A stretch of 64,000 nucleotides of DNA from Candidatus Heimdallarchaeum aukensis. GTDB lineage: Archaea > Asgardarchaeota > Heimdallarchaeia > Heimdallarchaeales > Heimdallarchaeaceae. Where the stretch lies: assembly GCA_021513695.1 (NCBI GenBank), contig CP084166.1:1568001-1632000 (forward strand), given 5' to 3'. Numbering within the stretch: the stretch's first letter is position 1; the number at the start of each line of letters is the position of its first letter. The notes beneath the pieces are model-generated. The model searched no databases, was not told where the DNA came from, and saw nothing but the letters and a program-made list of their open reading frames with translations. The position numbers and the translations under genes were made by a program. Shown here piece by piece: positions 1 through 9,694 of the stretch.

Positions 1-280
1 CTCCACCAGTTAAACCTAAGAATGCAAGATCAAAATCATATGTAACAGTAAGAGTACCTATAAAGACTATCCATTCTTCATTCTTTATATTAACTTTAAT
101 ACCTAATTTGTCCAAATATTGAGCAATGTAAAGACCATAATCAGGAAGATAACCACTACCACTAACTTTAAGGGTTAATACCGCAATTATATCAGCTTCA
201 GCTTTTGTATTTAAAGCATAAAATGAACTAGTTATCAAAAGAGTAGAGAGCAGAATTAGATTGTACAATTTTTTTTTCAT
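1..280 (-). CDS. Putative secreted protein, N-terminal part only (ORF runs off the left window edge)
   Basis: Reverse-strand ATG at 278-280. My translation MKKKLYNLILLSTLLITSSFYALNTKAEADIIAVLTLKVSGSGYLPDYGLYIAQYLDKLGIKVNIKNEEWIVFIGTLTVTYDFDLAFLGLTGG stays open to base 1, so it is absent from the ORF track because it is truncated. The basic n-region plus hydrophobic core looks like a signal peptide. There is a weak resemblance to family-5 solute-binding proteins. Confidence 0.4.
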   Translation of the reverse strand, partial: MKKKLYNLILLSTLLITSSFYALNTKAEADIIAVLTLKVSGSGYLPDYGLYIAQYLDKLGIKVNIKNEEWIVFIGTLTVTYDFDLAFLGLTGG

Positions 281-510
281 TTTTATACCTCTATTTTATT
301 TATCTATTGATGTAAGGTTAAAATTACTAATCAATAATTACAACCCTTCTTCTCTACAAAATATAGAATTTTAACCGATACATCGTCAACTTATATCCAA
401 AGACACTTATAATAATATCGACAAATAGGTATTTTTTGAAAAGAATCATTTTTTATGTAGAAAAAAATTAAATAAATTTTAACAAAGATAAGCAAACAAA
501 AATGATAGAA

Positions 511-759
511 CTAACCAACAATTTTTAGTTTGCCTTTAAAAATAAAAATACTACCTATTCCAGAGATTACCAGCATAAATAAAGCTCCGATAAACCAATC
601 AAAATTTGTTGTATCTTTTAGATATTGTAACAAGAAGATGACAAAAAGAGTACTAAATACTGCATCAAACAAGACCATATTCAAGAAGATGTTACTAAAA
701 CTAGGTTTCTGGGAATCGTTTCCTAATGAATCTTTCTTTAACTCATTCATAGTTTTCAC
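511..759 (-). CDS. Small hypothetical membrane protein (2 predicted TM helices)
   Basis: 82-aa ORF with two hydrophobic stretches (FLNMVLFDAVFSTLFVIFLLQYL, WFIGALFMLVISGIGSIFIF). The overlapping plus-strand ORF 530-766 looks like antisense noise. No family recognised. Confidence 0.3.
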   Translation of the reverse strand: MKTMNELKKDSLGNDSQKPSFSNIFLNMVLFDAVFSTLFVIFLLQYLKDTTNFDWFIGALFMLVISGIGSIFIFKGKLKIVG

Positions 760-945
760 TTCCTAAGGAAAGGTTTTTCGTCTCTTCTTCTATTGAAGCG
801 TAAAACTATTAATTATTTTCTGTGAAAATATTAATGAAAAATTAAATTATTGCTTGGTTTCATTAATTTCATGTTTGAGCGAGAAAAGTAATGGTAGTGG
901 TTTCTTCTTTATGTAAATTGTATCTCTAACAATAATTCTATGATT

Positions 946-2148
946 TCATTTTTTTAGTGTTTTAATAATTGTTACAGGAAGATGGTAGAGTACTTTTCTT
1001 AAAAACCTTCCATAGTCTAATATTCCCATTATCATCTTACCTACTAAGTCAGCTAATTTATCATCTTTAATAGCTAAATTGACAATTAGCTCCATTCTTC
1101 TCAAAGTTTTATATAGAAAGTTTTGGAGAAATAGCCCTGTTTTGCTTAAATCTTTACCAAAATCTTTCATCCACTTTTTCTGATAAGCTTTCAACGGTTT
1201 ACCATATTTTTTATTGTTGTATATAGCTTCTGCAGCAAATTTTCCTCCAGAAATACAATAATATAGTCCTTCACCTGTTACTGGACTAACAAATCCTGCA
1301 GCATCACCTACTAGCAAGAGTTTATGAAAAACGGATTTTTTTACAGGTTTCTTAAAAACTAGTGTATAGGACTTTGCTTTGGCTAATTTGATACCAGAGG
1401 GAATAAGATTCATTCCTTTTAACTGTTCAACAAATCGTTCATATACATTTTTTGGGCCAGTTTCTTTAATATCGACCCATGTAGCTCCAATACCGATGTT
1501 GATGTAACCTTTTTTGATGAAATACCACCCATACCCTCTGGGAACAACTCCAAAAAAGATTTGCAAGCTAGTCTTTTCTATACCTAAATCAGCTAATAAT
1601 TTCTGTTCGATTTCAGTTTCTGAATTAACACATATAGCGAGATAACCCTCTGGCCAGCGAGATCTAATACCCAGAGAACGAATTAACTTATTATTTTGAA
1701 CTCCTGTGGCAAGAATAACATAATTTGCAGTGATTATTCTTTTTGTGGTGACAATAGTGTATATATCATTATTGGAATCATGTTTTATTTCTAGAACTGC
1801 TTCACCATCAAAAATTATAACACCTTGTTCTTGAGCGTCACGAGCCATAGCTTCATCAAACTGTTCTCTAATAACAAAATAACCTTTGTTGCCCCTATTA
1901 ATGAAATGTTTAAGAGACGGTGAATAGATAGTAATATTGTCTATTGAACAATTAATAGACTGTTTGGCTTTTTCACCTAATAAGGATAAAGTTCTATAAG
2001 ATAAAGCTCCACCACAAGGTTTGTCTCTGGGATAAGCCTTTTTTTCAAATAAAATGGTTTTCAGGCCCATTTTTGCACAATAATAAGCTGATGAAGAACC
2101 AGCAGGCCCTCCTCCAATAATCGCAACATCATATAATTCGTTTGACAC
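946..2148 (-). CDS. Geranylgeranyl reductase family FAD-dependent oxidoreductase (archaeal lipid saturation type)
   Basis: N-terminal dinucleotide-binding motif VAIIGGGPAGSSSAYYCAKMG followed by FEKK...PRDKPCGGAL. The 400-aa length and motif order are typical of archaeal geranylgeranyl reductases. Confidence 0.85.
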   Translation of the reverse strand: MSNELYDVAIIGGGPAGSSSAYYCAKMGLKTILFEKKAYPRDKPCGGALSYRTLSLLGEKAKQSINCSIDNITIYSPSLKHFINRGNKGYFVIREQFDEAMARDAQEQGVIIFDGEAVLEIKHDSNNDIYTIVTTKRIITANYVILATGVQNNKLIRSLGIRSRWPEGYLAICVNSETEIEQKLLADLGIEKTSLQIFFGVVPRGYGWYFIKKGYINIGIGATWVDIKETGPKNVYERFVEQLKGMNLIPSGIKLAKAKSYTLVFKKPVKKSVFHKLLLVGDAAGFVSPVTGEGLYYCISGGKFAAEAIYNNKKYGKPLKAYQKKWMKDFGKDLSKTGLFLQNFLYKTLRRMELIVNLAIKDDKLADLVGKMIMGILDYGRFLRKVLYHLPVTIIKTLKK

Positions 2149-2592
2149 ACACTCAAAAAAAGCTAATATTTAAAAAAATTTGCTGTAACCAAAAGTAATT
2201 TCTAATTGATTATTGTTTCATGTTTTGTACAATAGATTAATCACTGTTGGGCAGGGTATTACAAAAACATTTACTTATACAGTTAAAATTAAGGTAAATG
2301 ATTATCTTGAATTGAAAGTTAAGCTTTCCTCTATCAGGGATTAAAATGGAATGCAGTTGCAAAGTTACATACGGAATTGTTTACTCTTATACAACTAAAT
2401 TATATATCAAAGACACTACACAAGACCTCGAATTCTATATTGAATCTGATGATATGCTGACATCCTCGTTTATCAATGACCCAATCTTCTGGTTTAGTCC
2501 AATGGAATAAAACAGCAGAGGTGATATAAATTAAGAAGAGATTAGAGTTCTTCATTTTTTTCTTTCTTTTATTATTTGCTTATAGTAGTAGT

Positions 2593-4575
2593 ATGAACAT
2601 GAGCAGAATTAATAGTCTTTATAAAATTGAAGGCAACAATTATAATAAATTAAAACATGAAAAGTATTCATTTATTACAGATAACAATTTTAGGGATAGT
2701 AATTATAAAGAAAAAATGAAACAAAAATTAAATAATAACCAGCTGAATAAAAAAATAAAATCAGAAATAAGTTTTGATGTGGTTTTTGATAAAGATTGGG
2801 TAATTAATGAATCAATTACAGTTGTAGGAAAAACTATATTACTAAAAGGAAATCTAATTGTAAACTCAACAGGGAATATCACAATAGAGAATTCAATTTT
2901 AATATTTAACTCTTCGTGGATAGTTAATAATGGAAATCTTGTAGAAGAAGCTTTACAGATTAGAATTCTTGGAGGTAAAACTATTTTTATTAATACTACA
3001 ATATCAGTTTTAGTTCCATTTGTAGAATTAAGTTATAATCAAATACGTAATAATTACTTTACGATAAGCGCAGAAAAATCTTCCCAGTTGTACTTTATAA
3101 ACAGCGAATTGAAACATTTAGGAATTATAGATAACATAAATAGTGGGATAAATGTTAACCAAATAAGTGAGTTAAAACTAGAAAATTGTAATATTAATGC
3201 ATTATGGGGAATTCTTTATGCTAATAATACAGACAGAATCGTAATCAATAATTGCAAATTAAACTCAAGCTTGAGGGGAGATATGAGATTTGGAACAAAT
3301 TATACCATGGTAACTCTAAATGGTGGAATTGAACATATAATTACACACAACAATTTCTTTAGAAATGAGGAAACAAAGTCTATAGAATATTCAGAAGAAA
3401 AAATAGACAGGCTTGTTATCTTGAATTCAAAGAACAGTATTATTTCAGAAAACACATTTAAACAAGCAAGATCTTATGATAATTCCTTTGGTCTAAATGT
3501 TAGAAACTGCACTTCAACGATAATTAATAACAATAAGGGACCATCAATGCACATGCATTTAAAAGATTCTAGAAATATTACAATAACACAAAATCACTTT
3601 GGGCAACTAATGGTTCATAATACCTGCGAATTGTTACTTAAATTCAACATAGCTGAAAATCTGGAACTCGCTAACTGTTCTTATATAAACGTCAATTACA
3701 ATATTTTTAATGCTACAAAGGAAAGAATCTATGATATAGGATCTTGCGTTTTTCTAATGGGTTCAAATGAATATATTAATATTTCATGTAACATTAATGC
3801 AGTACCTATTTTGGAAAGTTCATTTTATACAATAACAGCAGAAATAAAGAACAGTTTCTTTTATATGAATAATCAAGTTGGCCCCATATATATAAATGAT
3901 TATCCAGATTTCTATGAGAAAGTGTTTAATTTCTCAATAGAAAATAAAAGAGAAATAGTAATAGAATACCCAAAACTATCAGTAAATCAATATTACAGTT
4001 ATAACAGTCAAGGTAATTTCTATTCAGCCGATATACAAGCAAGTTTAGAAAATATATTAGAAGATTTTAACAACGATGGTATAGGAGATGCATCCTTTCC
4101 AGTATCGTCCGTTCCTATAATAATGGATGAAAATCCATTAATGTTCCCCATTACGTTTAATAATAATTTCGATCAAAAAGCCCCAACTCTTAATCATAAA
4201 AATTATTTTCCAGGGGGCGATAATTCTATTTATGATACCATCTATGCTAGTGTAACTGACAATTTTATGTTGGCTACAATTGTAGTAGCTTATGATTTAG
4301 GTTCATCTGGTTCATGGACTTTTAAGACTATGATAAAGGATGAATTTACAGGAGAATTTATTGCAAAAATTCCTAAATTGACACAAGGGATAAATCAATA
4401 CTACTTTATTGTATGTGATATTTTTGGTAACGAAGCGAAAAGCGAAATTTATACTTATAAGGTTCCAATTATTACTTCACAGATTTCATGGCAAATCTTG
4501 AATTCCTTTCTAGGAGTATTACTTTTGATTTTTTATCTGAAAAAAACTAAACTCAAAAGGGTTCAAAAATGTTAA
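2593..4575 (+). CDS. Cell-surface protein with parallel beta-helix (PbH1/NosD-like) repeats and a C-terminal TM anchor
   Basis: 660 aa, Asn-rich, with periodic short repeats (NxxIxN, IINNN, ITITQN) typical of right-handed beta-helix proteins. The C-terminal hydrophobic helix WQILNSFLGVLLLIFYL is followed by the basic tail KKTKLKR. A signal-peptide-like sequence lies in frame just upstream of the ATG (see findings). Confidence 0.6.
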   Translation: MNMSRINSLYKIEGNNYNKLKHEKYSFITDNNFRDSNYKEKMKQKLNNNQLNKKIKSEISFDVVFDKDWVINESITVVGKTILLKGNLIVNSTGNITIENSILIFNSSWIVNNGNLVEEALQIRILGGKTIFINTTISVLVPFVELSYNQIRNNYFTISAEKSSQLYFINSELKHLGIIDNINSGINVNQISELKLENCNINALWGILYANNTDRIVINNCKLNSSLRGDMRFGTNYTMVTLNGGIEHIITHNNFFRNEETKSIEYSEEKIDRLVILNSKNSIISENTFKQARSYDNSFGLNVRNCTSTIINNNKGPSMHMHLKDSRNITITQNHFGQLMVHNTCELLLKFNIAENLELANCSYINVNYNIFNATKERIYDIGSCVFLMGSNEYINISCNINAVPILESSFYTITAEIKNSFFYMNNQVGPIYINDYPDFYEKVFNFSIENKREIVIEYPKLSVNQYYSYNSQGNFYSADIQASLENILEDFNNDGIGDASFPVSSVPIIMDENPLMFPITFNNNFDQKAPTLNHKNYFPGGDNSIYDTIYASVTDNFMLATIVVAYDLGSSGSWTFKTMIKDEFTGEFIAKIPKLTQGINQYYFIVCDIFGNEAKSEIYTYKVPIITSQISWQILNSFLGVLLLIFYLKKTKLKRVQKC

Positions 4576-4825
4576 ACATTTTATTTTTTTCTCTTAGACA
4601 GAACAATAAGAAAGAAAACTCAAACTCTTCAAGGTTAAGATGAATTGCGTAGTAAGCATACTAAAAGATTCATATAATATAATAAAGAAACAGCAGACTC
4701 TCCACCAATAATCCAACATCTAATTCATTTGTCATAAACCCAAAAAAAGTTATGGAAAAATTGTTATAAATAAAAATTACTAGTTAATCATTGTTTCACA
4801 ATTTTATGTTATAGATTTTGTTAGA

Positions 4826-5425
4826 TTAAGTTAAATGATCGGTATTATTGAATTGGCTAATATAAAAGAGACCATTCTCATAAACTATCTTTGAGATTGA
4901 ACTTGGTTTAGGGTAAACTCGCCAAAAGTTGGATGGGTGAGTTCTAGTAATATAAACAAATATTAAATTTATTACTGCTCCGTGAGTAACGAGAACAACA
5001 ACTTTTTCGTCTTGTTTTTCAAGTCGCTTAAACAATCTGTGAATTCGATCTAAAACTGTGTAAAATGTTTCTCCATTAGGAATAATAAAATCGTGTGGAT
5101 TAGAAAACCATTTTTCTTTCTCTTCTCCTACAAAAATTTCATCAAAGGTTTTTCCTTCCCAATCACCAAAAGACATGTCTAACAAATAAGGCTCTTCCTT
5201 AAAAATAGCTTTAGGATGATGGACTTTTATTTTCTCTGCTGACACTCTTGTTCTAGAAAGTTTACTATAATAAATAGCTTCTACAGGAACTTTAGCAAGA
5301 GCTTGTCCTGTTTCTTCTGCATGTTTAATTCCTAATTCAGATAGTGGGATGTCTTTTCTCCCTCTAAATCTAATAGCACCGACATTATAATCTGTTTCCC
5401 CGTGTCTTACTACGTATATTTCCAT
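4826..5425 (-). CDS. Histidine phosphatase family protein (phosphoglycerate mutase-like)
   Basis: Catalytic RHG motif at the N-terminus (MEIYVVRHGETDYN) and a downstream LVTHGAVI motif. The 199-aa size fits histidine phosphatase superfamily branch 1. Confidence 0.8.
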   Translation of the reverse strand: MEIYVVRHGETDYNVGAIRFRGRKDIPLSELGIKHAEETGQALAKVPVEAIYYSKLSRTRVSAEKIKVHHPKAIFKEEPYLLDMSFGDWEGKTFDEIFVGEEKEKWFSNPHDFIIPNGETFYTVLDRIHRLFKRLEKQDEKVVVLVTHGAVINLIFVYITRTHPSNFWRVYPKPSSISKIVYENGLFYISQFNNTDHLT

Positions 5426-5530
5426 TTTTAACGCAATTATTCAGAATATGCAATAGAAAAATGTTTCTCACCGAGTATTAACCAAATGGTTAAAGCTAAG
5501 AAAAACCATATACCTTCTTATATATAGACC

Positions 5531-5556
5531 CATCTAATAACTTACATTATTAGATG
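5531..5556. promoter_or_regulatory. Perfect 10-bp inverted repeat (CATCTAATAA-N6-TTATTAGATG), candidate operator downstream of a TATA-like box
   Basis: 5531-5540 is the exact reverse complement of 5547-5556. TTATATATA at about 5517-5526 lies immediately upstream. The site sits in the divergent intergenic region about 60 nt upstream of the archease ATG. Confidence 0.35.
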
Positions 5557-5616
5557 ATAGGCGAACTTATGTCTACAACAATTAAGTTAAAATTATGAAG
5601 AGATAAAGAATTTCAC

Positions 5617-6045
5617 ATGGGAAAATATCGATTGCTTGAAGAGGAGACCACTGGTGATTTTGCATTTGAAGCATATGGTTCTTCTTTAGGAGAATTGTTT
5701 AAGTATGCAGGGTTAGCTACAATGAGTGCAATGGTCGACATTTCTCAACTTAAAGGAGACCAAGAATACTCATTCGAAATAGAATCGTCTAATCTTCAAA
5801 TGCTTCTTTATGAATTTCTCTCCGAAATAATCTTTGTTAAAGATGTGGAGATGGTATTTTTTACAGATTTTGAAATTGAGATAATAGAAAACAGTGGTTA
5901 TAAACTTCTTTGTAAAGCAAAAACAACGCCAATAGATAGTTTAAAACAAGACCACTTTACTGATGTAAAAGCTGCAACTATGCACCATTTAGTTGTAGAA
6001 AAACAGGGTACACAATGGTATTGTAAAGCAATTCTGGATCTCTAG
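5617..6045 (+). CDS. Archease (RtcB/tRNA-modification chaperone family)
   Basis: 142 aa. The N-terminal EETTGDFAFEAYGSSLGELF and C-terminal DVKAATMHHLVVE... match the archease pattern (H/T-x-D-x-x-x-x-A-x-G ... KA-T-H). Confidence 0.75.
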   Translation: MGKYRLLEEETTGDFAFEAYGSSLGELFKYAGLATMSAMVDISQLKGDQEYSFEIESSNLQMLLYEFLSEIIFVKDVEMVFFTDFEIEIIENSGYKLLCKAKTTPIDSLKQDHFTDVKAATMHHLVVEKQGTQWYCKAILDL

Positions 6046-6123
6046 TCTCAACTTTCTTATGAAATTTTATTATTTTTAAAAAATCTAGTTATTGGAACTA
6101 AAAAAGGGTAAAGAATAAGGATA

Positions 6124-6606
6124 TTACACTATCCTTTGTTTTCCTCCAGGAGGATTAATGAAAAATACTGTTAATAGTAATAGAAATATCCCTACAGATT
6201 CCTTAAATGTTACATTATTTACAATGTCTTGTGGTAATCCTTCTCTAAAGGCTGTAATTGCCTGGAAGCCAAAAAACACTATAAAGAGTTGTATAAAGAA
6301 ATATAGTATAACTGTGATAAATGCTCCTCTTATTAGATATCTCAAAAGTTTTCTATCTTCAGCTCTTCTTACTCTACTTAACAAATAATCTGTTACTAAT
6401 AATGATGAAGCTGTTAACACTATTGCACCAAATAGTGGAAAAGCAATTACTAAGCTAATATATCCTACCTGATTTAGTTGCACAATTTCACTGAGATAAT
6501 AATAGTGTGGTAATTGTGCAATCATGGATATTCCAAATAAGATTAAAATACTAGGTAAAGCTGCTTCTTTGTTCCAAAATCTTGATTGTTCACTCATAGC
6601 TTTCAT
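6124..6606 (-). CDS. Hypothetical integral membrane protein (about 4 TM helices)
   Basis: 160-aa ORF with four long hydrophobic segments. No family recognised. The antisense ORF 6158-6388 was rejected. Confidence 0.45.
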   Translation of the reverse strand: MKAMSEQSRFWNKEAALPSILILFGISMIAQLPHYYYLSEIVQLNQVGYISLVIAFPLFGAIVLTASSLLVTDYLLSRVRRAEDRKLLRYLIRGAFITVILYFFIQLFIVFFGFQAITAFREGLPQDIVNNVTFKESVGIFLLLLTVFFINPPGGKQRIV

Positions 6607-6679
6607 TCCTTAACATTAGGGATGCTTTTGCTATAATCAACAGTGTTTTTTTTAACTTTTCTGTTCAAGTTTCTATTAG

Positions 6680-8311
6680 TTAATGCATATCTTCCTCAAA
6701 AGAATAACCTTTTTCTATTCTAAATTCGCAGTAATTGTATCCTGTTCCATGACATTTTGTTTCTGTAACAATTGGTGGGTCTTTCAGCAGTAATGCTAGT
6801 CTTCCTGCAATGTATCCTGAAGTGAAGTCACACAGCGTTTCACCTTTGCTTTCTCCATCTTCGGTAAGATTTATTCCAGAGGAATAGGCATTTTCATAGA
6901 TTCTAATGTACATTTCATCTTCGTCCTCCCCATCTATGACTTCAACAAAAGAATACTCTCTTTTTAGGATATTTGTAGGATGAGTGAGATAAAGTTTCAA
7001 GATTTCAACTGCTTTTTTTAGCGATTCGATAGGTAAACTTTCTTCTTCTAGTACATCGTAAATTATTGTTTTACCTGGTCCAATTACACCCAACTCTCTT
7101 CCTGCAGAGTATAGTAGAGCTCCACAGAATTTATCTCTGAACTTAAGTGACATTATCTGTTGTTGTAAGATGCTTATATGCACGTAATCCACGTCATTTG
7201 GTCGTAAAGCGTTAGTCATAAGTAAAGATTCAAATCCATTTTGACTTGTTTCATGAATTAGTTCAAAAAACATTTGCTTACGATATTCTGATTTCGGAAG
7301 ATCTCCTAAGTACTGAATGTTCTTTTTACTTTCATCAATTTCTTTTACTTTATATGGAGCTTTTCCTGGTTCTTTTCCTATATATACCTCAATCTCAAAT
7401 TCACAGTAAGGATCGCCAAGCCCTTTGCACTTTGTTTCCACAACAGATGTAGCAGAACCAGTCATTGCTTCAACCGTACCTGCAATTTTTCCTGCAGTAA
7501 AGTGACACAAAGGTTCTCCTACGTTAATTACTCCAGAAACAGTACAAAGATCATGAATTCTAAGTGTAGCCTTATAATTTTCAATACTTGCTATATCACA
7601 GTGAGTAGCTTGATAAATTGGAACATCGCTATTATGACTATACAATTTGGCTAATGCGATTAGAACTTCTTGAAAACGTTCTTCTGGATTTACAGCTTGA
7701 ACATTAGGATTAAGCACTGTTAGATAGTAAGGGTCTGCACCATAAATCCCTAATTCTCTTCCACTTTGATAAAGTAATTGAGGTACTAATGGGTCTAAAG
7801 CGAGTAATGATAAAACAACTTGCTGATATACGCTGATATGGCAATAATCCCCGATAGTTTTTCGAACAATATTCTGAGAAATGAGAGAAGAGATGGTATT
7901 TTTTGTAAGAACCATCATACTTTCTTTTCTCTGAGTTTTTTTATCAGAAGCTACCATCAAAGGAAGAATATGACTCCACAATTTGTCTTTGATATCGTCT
8001 TCAGTTATCATCCCTTGTGCAATTACGCTGTCATTCATCATAATAACAGGTACTGACATTACATTATATTGAGAAGCAATCTCAGGTTCCTCTGTTATGT
8101 CTACTTTTGTTACACTCACAAGATTTTTTAGAGAGGTCCCTGCTACTTGCTCTACAACATGTTCTACAGATGGGCACGCAAAACATGTAGGGCTTGTAAA
8201 TAGTAATAATCGAACCTTAGATTGCATTTCTTCTTCTGACATAGTAACCGCATTTACAAATTTCTTAATACTTATTATTCGTTTATATTGAAAAAGATTT
8301 CTTCGATGCAA
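6680..8311 (-). CDS. Thioredoxin/glutaredoxin-like domain fused to two V4R (4-vinyl reductase / Bet3-TRAPP-related) domains
   Basis: N-terminal LLLFTSPTCFACPSVEHVV (CxxC thioredoxin fold). There are two copies of the V4R C-terminal signature: LCHFTAGKIAGTVEAMTG...ETKCKGLGDPYCEFEIEV and LCDFTSGYIAGRLALLL...ETKCHGTGYNYCEFRIEKG. A more likely start is the internal Met at 8242 (MSEEEMQ...). Confidence 0.7.
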   Translation of the reverse strand: MHRRNLFQYKRIISIKKFVNAVTMSEEEMQSKVRLLLFTSPTCFACPSVEHVVEQVAGTSLKNLVSVTKVDITEEPEIASQYNVMSVPVIMMNDSVIAQGMITEDDIKDKLWSHILPLMVASDKKTQRKESMMVLTKNTISSLISQNIVRKTIGDYCHISVYQQVVLSLLALDPLVPQLLYQSGRELGIYGADPYYLTVLNPNVQAVNPEERFQEVLIALAKLYSHNSDVPIYQATHCDIASIENYKATLRIHDLCTVSGVINVGEPLCHFTAGKIAGTVEAMTGSATSVVETKCKGLGDPYCEFEIEVYIGKEPGKAPYKVKEIDESKKNIQYLGDLPKSEYRKQMFFELIHETSQNGFESLLMTNALRPNDVDYVHISILQQQIMSLKFRDKFCGALLYSAGRELGVIGPGKTIIYDVLEEESLPIESLKKAVEILKLYLTHPTNILKREYSFVEVIDGEDEDEMYIRIYENAYSSGINLTEDGESKGETLCDFTSGYIAGRLALLLKDPPIVTETKCHGTGYNYCEFRIEKGYSFEEDMH

Positions 8312-8488
8312 AAAAATCGAAAAGAAAAATAACAGACTAATCGGTCAATAAAACAATTTTTTATTATAAATAAAAAAAGACATATTTAAAATAAACATTT
8401 ATCCAATATTAATTTTAGAAATTTGAACTTTTCAGATAAAATTTTATTAATGACTAAAAAAAATGCACAAATGATTTGGTGAAAAAAC

Positions 8489-9694
8489 GTGACAGATATA
8501 ACCAAAATTGAACGAGTTGCAAAGTTGTTAAAAAGAGAAAGAAAACTGCGTCTAGCAAGATTAAATGATGTATATATGAGGCCTATTGAGGGTCCGACTG
8601 ATCGTCTTGTAACTAGCGAAAAAAAAGATTATATAATGTTAGGTAGCTATTCATATCTAGGTCTAATTAATCACCCAGAAATCAAAAAAGCAGCAAAAGA
8701 AGCTATTGATAAATATGGAACAGGGGCTGGAGGAGTAAGATTACTTACAGGAACACTGGATTTACACAAAAAACTTGAAAGAAAAATAGCTGAATTCAAG
8801 AATGCAGAGGATGCTGTAGTGTATTCAAGTGGTTATGTTACCAACGAAGCTATTTTATCTAGTATTTTTGGGAAAGGAGATCTTATTATTATTGACCGAT
8901 TTGCTCACGCAAGTATTTACAGTGGATGTACTCTTTCAAAAGCTGAATGGACAAGATTCCAACATAATGACATGGAAGATCTAGAAAGAGTTTTGAAAGA
9001 GAATAGAGAAAAATACGATAACATCGTTATTGCCGTCGATGGTGTTTACTCAATGGATGGAGATGTAGCTCATATGCCTGAAATTATCGAACTAGCAAAA
9101 GAATATGATGCTTTTACGATGGTTGATGAAGCACATGCCATTGGTGTTTTAGGTGAAACAGGAAGAGGAGTCGAAGAATATTTTGGATTGAAAAAAGATG
9201 ATATTGATATAAAAATGGGAACATTAAGTAAAGCCATTCCTTCTGTTGGCGGTTATATTACTGGAAAAAAAGAACTAATGACATTTTTAAGATACAGTTC
9301 TAATCCTTTTATTTTCTCCGCTGCTTTACCTCCACCTAGTGCTGCTGCAGCTTTAAAAGCTTTTGAAATCATAGAAAATGAACCAGAGCGAATAAAGCAG
9401 GTTCAGCATAATGCTAAAGAGTTCATAAAAGGTGTAAAAGAATTAGGCTTTGATACTCTAAAAAGCAAAGATACTGCCATTATTCCTGTTATTATAGGCC
9501 CAGAAGTAAAGACATTTCGCTTTGCACGAAAATTAGAAAAAGAAGGAATAATTGTTCCACCAGTCGTATATCCTGCTGTCCCTAGAGATGGGGGAAGATT
9601 AAGGTGCTGTGTAATGGCTACACATACAGAAGAAGACATGCAGAAAATACTAGAAAAATTTGAAAAAGTAGGAAAAGAATTAGAAGTAATATAA
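8489..9694 (+). CDS. PLP-dependent alpha-oxoamine synthase (8-amino-7-oxononanoate synthase / 2-amino-3-ketobutyrate CoA ligase / serine palmitoyltransferase family)
   Basis: 401 aa with family motifs: LGSYSYLGL, SGYVTNE, DEAHAIGVLGETGRG, and GTLSKA (PLP lysine). GTG start preceded by GGTGA. Confidence 0.85.
   Translation: MTDITKIERVAKLLKRERKLRLARLNDVYMRPIEGPTDRLVTSEKKDYIMLGSYSYLGLINHPEIKKAAKEAIDKYGTGAGGVRLLTGTLDLHKKLERKIAEFKNAEDAVVYSSGYVTNEAILSSIFGKGDLIIIDRFAHASIYSGCTLSKAEWTRFQHNDMEDLERVLKENREKYDNIVIAVDGVYSMDGDVAHMPEIIELAKEYDAFTMVDEAHAIGVLGETGRGVEEYFGLKKDDIDIKMGTLSKAIPSVGGYITGKKELMTFLRYSSNPFIFSAALPPPSAAAALKAFEIIENEPERIKQVQHNAKEFIKGVKELGFDTLKSKDTAIIPVIIGPEVKTFRFARKLEKEGIIVPPVVYPAVPRDGGRLRCCVMATHTEEDMQKILEKFEKVGKELEVI

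Noticed and set aside
2346-2510. An unlisted 54-aa ORF (MECSCKVTYGIVYSYTTKLYIKDTTQDLEFYIESDDMLTSSFINDPIFWFSPME) in the 445-nt gap upstream of the beta-helix protein gene.
   Set aside because: It has no recognisable motif and no convincing ribosome-binding site, and I have nothing to compare it with. It could be real but cannot be supported from sequence alone.
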